32,782 bases of DNA from contig CAZBTT010000003.1 of the NCBI GenBank assembly GCA_964494295.1, forward strand, positions 1 through 32,782. Direction: 5' to 3'. Below are positions 26,486-32,782 of the stretch, piece by piece. Within the stretch, counting starts at the first letter, position 1; each line of letters starts with the position of its first letter. The notes beneath the pieces were generated by a model. It saw only the letters and a program-made list of their open reading frames with translations. It had not been told where the DNA came from and did no database searches. A program made the position numbers and the translations under genes. The stretch comes from an uncultured Acidobacteriota bacterium. GTDB lineage: Bacteria; Acidobacteriota; Vicinamibacteria; Fen-336; JAGNNV01.

Positions 26486-27229
26486 ATGAGCAATGGTATT
26501 TCGACCGCGTTGGCGCTCATCGACGATCGGCTCGACTCGCTGCACGGGTTGCTGACGGACGAGCCCATCGATGTGGTGACCCGGCGCTACCGCGACTGGA
26601 AGGTCGCCACCCTTGCCGCCCTGACCGACGTGGTCATCGAATCGCTGGCGGTGAGTTTTGACGCCGCCCGCGGCCAGGCGGTTCACGGTCGACCGACTCC
26701 GCAGGTCTACCTCGACGGAGCGGCATCGCGGGCCTTCCTGATCGCGATGAAGTCGCGCCTCGAGGCTGACCCCGCCGCGGTGCTGCGTCTGCCCCCGGCG
26801 GGGGCAACACCGTTGGATCCGCGGGTCAGCCTCGACAAGCTGGTCGATCTTCTGGAGCGCAGGCTGGGAAAGGCTTTCCGGGGGAAGCCGGGGACGGCAC
26901 AGGACGTCCAGAACGGCTTCGAGACCCTGCTCGCCGGGGCCTCGATCGCCTATGAGCGGGAAGGCGATTCGATCGTTCTCGGGTCGCGGACGTACGTGCC
27001 GGACTTCACCTTTCCCGGGCTGCGGGCGGCGCTCGAACTCAAGCTGTGCAGCCGGCCCGGTGACGAAGAGAGGATCTTGGCTGAGGTCGAGGATGAGGTC
27101 CTCGCGTACCGTGGGAAGTACTCACACGTCGTCATTGGCGTCTACGATCTGGGTTTCATCCGCGCCCCGGCGGAGTTCGCCCGCGCTCTCACCAGAGATG
27201 GCGTCCTGGTGAGGGTGGTTGGACCCTAG
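26486..27229 (+). CDS. PD-(D/E)XK nuclease-domain protein with unknown helical N-terminal domain
   Basis: GGAG RBS; VQNGFETLL..YERE..YVPDFTF..AALELK..EVEDEVLAY..VIGVYD, resembling the REase_DpnII-MboI-like pattern. Confidence 0.72.
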   Translation: MSNGISTALALIDDRLDSLHGLLTDEPIDVVTRRYRDWKVATLAALTDVVIESLAVSFDAARGQAVHGRPTPQVYLDGAASRAFLIAMKSRLEADPAAVLRLPPAGATPLDPRVSLDKLVDLLERRLGKAFRGKPGTAQDVQNGFETLLAGASIAYEREGDSIVLGSRTYVPDFTFPGLRAALELKLCSRPGDEERILAEVEDEVLAYRGKYSHVVIGVYDLGFIRAPAEFARALTRDGVLVRVVGP

Positions 27230-27235
27230 GTTTGT

Positions 27236-28408
27236 CTAGTCGAGCCGCTTTCGGAACCTCGCCGAGGCGAAGGTCAGCCACGCGACTCCCGTGAGCGCGA
27301 GGGTCAGGGCTTCCGGCCACAGGACATCGAGGCCCGACCCCTTCAGGAACACGCCGCGCAGGATGATGCCGTAGTAGCGGACGGGGATGCCGTAACTCCC
27401 GATCTGGAAGAGCATCGGCATGTTCTCGATGGGGAAGATGAGACCGGAGAGATAGATCATCGGCACCATCAAGACGAACACCGCGAACATCATCGCCTGC
27501 TGCTGGGTCGCCACCATCGTCGAGGCGAAGAGTCCGAGGCCGAGCGTGTTCAGCAGGAAGAGGAAGGTGAGGAAGAGAAGGAGCAGGAACGATCCGCGCA
27601 GCGGAACGCCGAAGACGACCTGGGCGAGAACCACGATCACCGCGGTGTCGAGCAACCCGATGATCGCGAAGGGTGTGAGCTTGCCGAGGATGAGTTGCCA
27701 CGGCCGGAGGGGTGTGACGCTGATCTGCTCGAGCGTGCCGATCTCCTTTTCGCGAACCACCGCCATCGAGGGCAGCATCATGGTCACGAGCATCAGCACC
27801 ATCGCCAGCACCGCGGGAACGTAAAACCAGCGCGTCTTGAGATCGGGGTTGTAGAAGATCCGCGGCATCACCTCGATCCGGCCGATGGCCGGTGGCCGCG
27901 CCACGGGAACGCCGAGCCTTTGCGCGGCTTCAACACTCCGGCGGGTTTCCGTTTCGAGTTGAACCCGCTGGAGGTCTCCCCCCATCTCGGAAATGATGCG
28001 CGACGCGTAGCCGAGGCCGACCACCGCCGAATTCGCGTCGGTGCCGTCGGCGAGGACCTGCAGACGAGGCGAGCGTCCGGCGTTGAGGTCGGTTCCGTAG
28101 CCTTCGGGAATGATGAGGACCACCTGGGCGAGACCCTCGACGAGCCACGGCTCGGCCTGCTGGGCGGTGGGCACGGAGCCCTTGATCTCGAAGTAGCCCG
28201 AGGCGTCGAAGCGCTCGACGAGTTCGCGGCTCGCCACACTGTGATCGCCATCGACAAGGAGCAGCGGCACGTGAGTGACGTCGAGATTCGCCGCATAGCC
28301 GAGGGCGATCAGCTGAACGAGTGGACCCACGATGAGAGCGGGGATCATCTTGCGGTCCTGACGGAGTTGCAGAAACTCCTTGAGGATGACCTGCCACAGC
28401 GCCCACAT
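27236..28408 (-). CDS. ABC-2 type permease (YbhR/S-like)
   Basis: KEFLQLRQD, FYNPDL, VVREKEIGTLEQ, LSGLIFPIENMP. Start ATG 28408. Confidence 0.92.
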   Translation of the reverse strand: MWALWQVILKEFLQLRQDRKMIPALIVGPLVQLIALGYAANLDVTHVPLLLVDGDHSVASRELVERFDASGYFEIKGSVPTAQQAEPWLVEGLAQVVLIIPEGYGTDLNAGRSPRLQVLADGTDANSAVVGLGYASRIISEMGGDLQRVQLETETRRSVEAAQRLGVPVARPPAIGRIEVMPRIFYNPDLKTRWFYVPAVLAMVLMLVTMMLPSMAVVREKEIGTLEQISVTPLRPWQLILGKLTPFAIIGLLDTAVIVVLAQVVFGVPLRGSFLLLLFLTFLFLLNTLGLGLFASTMVATQQQAMMFAVFVLMVPMIYLSGLIFPIENMPMLFQIGSYGIPVRYYGIILRGVFLKGSGLDVLWPEALTLALTGVAWLTFASARFRKRLD

Positions 28409-28413
28409 GGCGC

Positions 28414-29532
28414 TTACGCCTCCCGCCGGCGCAGTCGCGCGTAGGCCAGGGTGAGAACGATCGTCGCGTAAAGGACGAGAAACGCAACGTCCTGCCAGTA
28501 GGGAGCAAGGCCGGCGCCCTTGAGGATGATGCCGCGGATGATCACGAGGAAATAGCGGGCGGGAATCGCGTAGGTCAGAAGCTCGACCGGCCAGGGCATC
28601 GAGCGGATGGGGAAGATGAAGCCGGAAAGGAAGATCGCGGGCAGCATCGAGGTGACCATGCCGATCTGGAACGCGAGAGCCTGGGTTTCCGCGATGCTCG
28701 AAACGAGCAGACCCCACGCGAGCGCGCCTATGAGATAGATGAGGGTGGCCACGAAGAGGTCGAGATACGGTCCGCGGATCACCACGCCGAATAGCACGCG
28801 CGCCGCGGTCAGGATGATGACGGTGGCGATCAGCGAGATCGCGAGGTAGGGCAGGGTCTTGCCGATCAGGAGTTCGCCCGCGGTGAGCGACGTGACGCGC
28901 AGCTGCTCCATCGTCCCGCGCTCCTTCTCACGGACCACGGAGAGTGCCGTCGAGACCACCGCGGTCAACATCAGGATGAATCCCACGAGACCCGGGACGA
29001 GGAACTGGGTGGTGCGAAGCTCGGGGTTGTAGAAAACCCGCGGCTCGTAGCCCACGGGCTGAATGTTGATCCCGGTGCGCTCCGAAAACCGCCGGAGATT
29101 CACGTCCGCCGCGAGGGCGGTGGCGTAGCCGAGGACCGTGGTCGCGGTGTTGGCGTCGGCGCCGTCGAGGAGAAGCTGGACCGTGGCGGTACGGCCCTGA
29201 GCGAGGGTCCGCGCGAAACCCTCGGGAATTGAGAGAACCGCCTTGGCCACGCGCGTTTCGGTGATGAGATCCACGTCGGCGCCCGCGGGCACGTCCGCGA
29301 CCTGATCGAAGTACGTCGAGTTCACGAAGGCCGCCACGAGGCTCCTCGACTCCTCCGACTTGTCGAGGTCCCGCACCGCGAGACGCACATGCCGGACGTC
29401 GAAGTTGATCGCGTACCCGTACATCAGGAGCATGATGGTCGGGAGGCCAAGGAGCATGGCGAGGCTCAGGGGGTCGCGCGACGCCTGCCGCGCTTCCTTC
29501 TTCGCCATCGCCCAGATCTTGCGGAGATTCAT
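28414..29532 (-). CDS. ABC-2 type permease (YbhR/S-like)
   Basis: KEARQASRD, FYNPEL, VVREKERGTMEQL, LSGFIFPIRSMP. Confidence 0.92.
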   Translation of the reverse strand: MNLRKIWAMAKKEARQASRDPLSLAMLLGLPTIMLLMYGYAINFDVRHVRLAVRDLDKSEESRSLVAAFVNSTYFDQVADVPAGADVDLITETRVAKAVLSIPEGFARTLAQGRTATVQLLLDGADANTATTVLGYATALAADVNLRRFSERTGINIQPVGYEPRVFYNPELRTTQFLVPGLVGFILMLTAVVSTALSVVREKERGTMEQLRVTSLTAGELLIGKTLPYLAISLIATVIILTAARVLFGVVIRGPYLDLFVATLIYLIGALAWGLLVSSIAETQALAFQIGMVTSMLPAIFLSGFIFPIRSMPWPVELLTYAIPARYFLVIIRGIILKGAGLAPYWQDVAFLVLYATIVLTLAYARLRRREA

Positions 29533-30491
29533 GCCACGATCCCGCGCGCCCTTCGGGCTTCTTCTTCGGCTTCGATGCAGTGAATGAAGACGTCCTCGAG
29601 CGAGGGGACGATGCGTTCGATCGAGATCGGCGCGAACTCGCCCTCGGGGAGGGCGCGCTCGATGAGGCGGCGGCCCGAGTTTTCATCCGGCACGACCACG
29701 TGAAGCCTCGTGCCGAAGACGGAGGCTTCAAGGATGCCCGGCTCCTTCTCGAGAAGGAATTGAGCGTCGAGGGGACGCGCGCAGGCGACTTCGAGCAGAA
29801 CGCGGCCCGCGAACACATCCTTCAGTTCGGCGACCGACCCGTGCGCCACCAGGCGACCCGCATGCATCAAGGCGATGCGGTCGCAACGCTCGGCCTCGTC
29901 GAGGTAGTGCGTGGTGACGATGAGCGTGATGCCCTCGCCCGCCATCTGGTCGATCAGCGTCCAGAAACGCCTTCGCGAGATCGGATCCACGCCGCCCGTG
30001 GGCTCGTCGAGAAAGACCACGCGCGGTCCGTGCAGCACGGCGCAGGCCAGGGCGAGGCGTTGTTTCCATCCGCCGGGGAGCGAGCGGGTGATGAGGTCTT
30101 CCTTACCCTCCAGGCCAGCAGTCGCGACCGCCCACTTCTCGCGATCGCGCATTGCGGCGCCCCTGAGTCCGTACACGCCGCCGAAGAAGCGGAGATTCTG
30201 GATCACGCTCAGATCGTCGTAGAGGCTGAAGCGCTGCGTCATGTAGCCGATTCTGTGTTTGAGCGCTTCGGGATCCTTCGCGACATCGATGCCGAGAACG
30301 CGCGCGCTGCCCGACGTGGGGGCGAGCAGGCCGCACAACACGCGGATCGCCGTGGTCTTTCCCGCGCCGTTCGAGCCGAGCAGGCCGAACACCTCGCCCT
30401 GCTTGACGCTCAGCGACAGGTCGTCGACCGAGGTGAAGGCGCCGAAGCGTTTGACGAGATGATCGACCTCGATGACTGCGGGACGCTCCAT
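29529..30491 (-). CDS. ABC transporter ATP-binding protein (YbhF second-NBD-like)
   Basis: GSNGAGKT, LPGGWKQR, FLDEPT, TTHYLDEA. Start ATG 30491. Confidence 0.93.
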   Translation of the reverse strand: MERPAVIEVDHLVKRFGAFTSVDDLSLSVKQGEVFGLLGSNGAGKTTAIRVLCGLLAPTSGSARVLGIDVAKDPEALKHRIGYMTQRFSLYDDLSVIQNLRFFGGVYGLRGAAMRDREKWAVATAGLEGKEDLITRSLPGGWKQRLALACAVLHGPRVVFLDEPTGGVDPISRRRFWTLIDQMAGEGITLIVTTHYLDEAERCDRIALMHAGRLVAHGSVAELKDVFAGRVLLEVACARPLDAQFLLEKEPGILEASVFGTRLHVVVPDENSGRRLIERALPEGEFAPISIERIVPSLEDVFIHCIEAEEEARRARGIVA

Positions 30492-30492
30492 G

Positions 30493-31827
30493 TCAGCGCC
30501 CGACCGCCCGGGTGAGGTTCGCGAGTGCGGTCTGGATTTGCGCTTCGGTCTGCGTGGCCTCGAGTTCGGCGCGCAGCAGGCGCGTTTCGGCATCGAGAAG
30601 TTCGCTCGAGGAAAGCACGCCTTCCCGGTAACGGTCTTTCGCCACACGCACCGCGTCCTTCGCCGCTTCGATGCCGCGGAGGGCGACCGCTTTGCCGGCG
30701 AGGGCAGACTCGAACTCGAGACGGCGCGTGGTGACGTCGAGACGGATCCGCGACTCGAGATCGCGAAGCTGCGCCCGCAGCGCGTCGGCCTGGGCCTGGC
30801 TTTGCGCAGAGGAGGCGTTCGAACGTCCGCCGTCGAGGATCTTCCAGCTCACGTTCAGTCCCACGCTCCAGCTGTCCTTCCACTCTCCGGAAAGCGGCAG
30901 GATCCGCGGGTTGGGATTCGAATAGTCGAAGCCCGCCTGGAGGCCGGCCTGCGGGCGCGACGAGGACTGAGCCACGCGACTTGTGGCTTCGAGAGAGCGG
31001 ATCCGGGCGCGCAGGGCCTCGAGTTCCGGGCGGCCCGCGCTCGCCCGCTTGACCTGGTCTTCGAGAGCTACTGGACTTGCGGCGAGGCCGAGCGGAGCGG
31101 GATCGAGCTCGACCTCGGTGTCGGGAGGGAGGCCCACGAGACGAAGCAGGTTTGCGGTCGCCACCGCGGAAGCGTTGTCCGCGAGAAGCCGGCCGAGTTC
31201 CGCGCGTTCGCGCTCGACGGTGACGGCGAGAACCTCATGGCTTGCGGCAAGGCCCACCTCTTCGCGCGCGCGGGAGTCCTTCAGGTGAGCCTCGTACGAG
31301 GCAATCGCCTCGCGGAGTACGCGCGCGGTCTCGCGAGCGAAGAGCACATTGATGTACGCGATGTGGGTTTCCGCGACGAGATCGCTCTCGGCGGCGGCGC
31401 GGTCGGCGATCGACGCGCCTTCGGCCTCGCGGGCCGCGCCCACTTGATTCTGGACGCGGCCACCCGTGTAGATGGGAAGGCTGGCGCCCACATGAGTCCG
31501 CCACTGACTGGGAAGGTTCGGGAAAATCACGCGCGGCGGCGCCCCCGGGGACGAAAGAATGAGTTCGGGCACGTTCGAGTTGCGGGAGTACGCGGCCTGG
31601 ACATCGAGATCCGGGCGTCGCCCGCCCTCAGCGCCGCGCACGCTCTCACTCGCAGCACGGGCGAGCGCGCTATAGGACTCGAGGCGAGGGGAGTGGGCGC
31701 GCGCCCGGGCGATCGCGTCGTCGAGGGTCAGCCTCTGAACCAGCGGATTGGCCGCGGGCATCGATTCGGCTGCAGGAAGGGTCGTCCCGAAGGCACAGAG
31801 AAGTGTGATGAGGATGAGTCGCGTCAA
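30493..31827 (-). CDS. TolC family outer membrane efflux protein
   Basis: Signal peptide; LTLDDAIARA, SLPIYTGG, SWKILDGG, RYREGVLSSSELLDAE. Confidence 0.9.
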   Translation of the reverse strand: MTRLILITLLCAFGTTLPAAESMPAANPLVQRLTLDDAIARARAHSPRLESYSALARAASESVRGAEGGRRPDLDVQAAYSRNSNVPELILSSPGAPPRVIFPNLPSQWRTHVGASLPIYTGGRVQNQVGAAREAEGASIADRAAAESDLVAETHIAYINVLFARETARVLREAIASYEAHLKDSRAREEVGLAASHEVLAVTVERERAELGRLLADNASAVATANLLRLVGLPPDTEVELDPAPLGLAASPVALEDQVKRASAGRPELEALRARIRSLEATSRVAQSSSRPQAGLQAGFDYSNPNPRILPLSGEWKDSWSVGLNVSWKILDGGRSNASSAQSQAQADALRAQLRDLESRIRLDVTTRRLEFESALAGKAVALRGIEAAKDAVRVAKDRYREGVLSSSELLDAETRLLRAELEATQTEAQIQTALANLTRAVGR

Positions 31828-32780
31828 AGCGAGCCTCCGATCTGGGCCGCCTCGGCCTCACGAGCCTGGATGCGGGAAATGAAGACGTCTTCGAGGGAGG
31901 GAGGAATGGCCCGCGCCGAGAGAACTTCGAGGCCCGCCGCGCGCAGTTCTCCGGCCATCCGTTCCGTCCAGGCCCCGGCCTGGACGTCGTCGAATGAGGG
32001 GAGAGTGACATGGACGCGTTCGCCGAATGCTTCGACGTCACGCACGTCGGGACTCGCCGCGATGATTTCGAGGGCCCGCCGTTTGGGATGAGCCAGGATC
32101 TCGACCATCGCGCCATGGGCCTCGGAGCGCAACGCATCGGGCGTGCTCACCGTGAGGATCAAGGAGCGATCCATGAGCGCCACGCGCTGGCAGCGCTCGG
32201 CCTCGTCGAGGTAGGGCGTGGTGACGAGCAGCGTCAACCCCTCGCGCTGCAACCGGGCGAGGATCTTCCAGAAATCGCGGCGGGAAACCGGGTCGACTCC
32301 CGTCGTCGGTTCGTCGAGAACAAGCAACTGGGGCGTGTGGATCAGAGTGCAGGCGAGGGCGAGCTTCTGCTTCATGCCGCCCGAGAGCCTGTCGGCGAGT
32401 CGATTCCGAAAGGGCGTCATCCGGAGCATCTCGAGCAGCTCCTCGGCTCGCGGCTTCGAATGGCGCACGCCGTGAATGTCGGCGAAGAAAGCGACGTTCT
32501 CGTCCACGGTCAGATCGCCGTAGAGGGAGAAGCGCTGCGAGAGATAGCCGATGCGCTTCGAGAGTTCGTCGGTCTCCTTCCACGGATCGAGGCCGCAGGT
32601 GCGCACGCTGCCTCCGTGCGGGGCCAGAAGACCGAGGATCACGCGCAACGTCGTGGTTTTTCCCGCTCCATCCGGCCCGATGAGGCCGAACATCTCGCCC
32701 TTTCGCACCGTGAACGACACGTCGTTCGCGGCGACGAGGTCGCCGTACTTCCGGACCAGGCCCTTGACCTCGACGATCGG
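31824..32780 (-). CDS. ABC transporter ATP-binding protein (YbhF first-NBD-like), 5' truncated by window edge
   Basis: Frame is open to the edge (PIVEVKGLVRKYGDLVAANDVSF); GPDGAGKT, LSGGMKQK, VLDEPT, TTPYLDEA. Confidence 0.93.
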   Translation of the reverse strand, partial: PIVEVKGLVRKYGDLVAANDVSFTVRKGEMFGLIGPDGAGKTTTLRVILGLLAPHGGSVRTCGLDPWKETDELSKRIGYLSQRFSLYGDLTVDENVAFFADIHGVRHSKPRAEELLEMLRMTPFRNRLADRLSGGMKQKLALACTLIHTPQLLVLDEPTTGVDPVSRRDFWKILARLQREGLTLLVTTPYLDEAERCQRVALMDRSLILTVSTPDALRSEAHGAMVEILAHPKRRALEIIAASPDVRDVEAFGERVHVTLPSFDDVQAGAWTERMAGELRAAGLEVLSARAIPPSLEDVFISRIQAREAEAAQIGGSL

Positions 32781-32782
32781 CG

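Noticed and set aside
29887-29907. 21-bp exact repeat also at 32194-32214
   Set aside because: It encodes the conserved YLDEAER in two paralogous ABC ATPases.
30472-32091. 539-aa plus-strand ORF antisense to tolC, and similar long shadow ORFs (2189-3490, 3503-4921, 6321-7436, 9684-10877, 17196-18572, 23832-24830)
   Set aside because: Each lies opposite a motif-supported gene and has no recognisable motifs. High-GC codon bias depletes antisense stop codons.
1-32782. CRISPR array, tRNA/rRNA, IS or prophage genes, known riboswitch
   Set aside because: No regularly spaced repeats or diagnostic motifs seen by eye; a covariance-model scan would be needed to exclude small RNAs.

Overview
High-GC bacterial chromosomal segment with about 30 protein-coding genes. 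The gene content (duplicated orphan ABC permease, CBM9/DUF5916-type protein, two BamB/PQQ-like propellers) suggests Acidobacteriota, possibly Vicinamibacteria; this is an inference. I saw no rRNA, tRNA, CRISPR array, transposase or integrase. Contents in order: end of an Ig-domain protein; divergent AraC-GyrI regulator and VOC pair; beta-barrel protein; orphan permease; EamA transporter; CBM9/DUF5916-like protein; secreted HExxH protein; orphan ParB-like protein; SigZ-like ECF sigma divergent from a bicupin plus TonB-dependent receptor; two PQQ-like propellers around a GT-C glycosyltransferase; AbrB/PIN toxin-antitoxin pair; ACAD10/11-like dehydrogenase plus APH kinase; membrane protein; M1 peptidase, alpha/beta hydrolase and YciI operon; small acidic ORF plus PD-(D/E)XK nuclease; YbhFSR-like ABC/TolC efflux operon. 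Best leads: (1) the acidic peptide plus nuclease pair behind a structured, sigma54-like upstream region; (2) the SigZ-bicupin-TonB receptor module with no adjacent anti-sigma; (3) a tandem ECF-like promoter; (4) a recurring leaderless TANNNT-N7-start layout; (5) structured DNA on both sides of the TA pair. All family calls come from reading motifs by eye, not from database searches.
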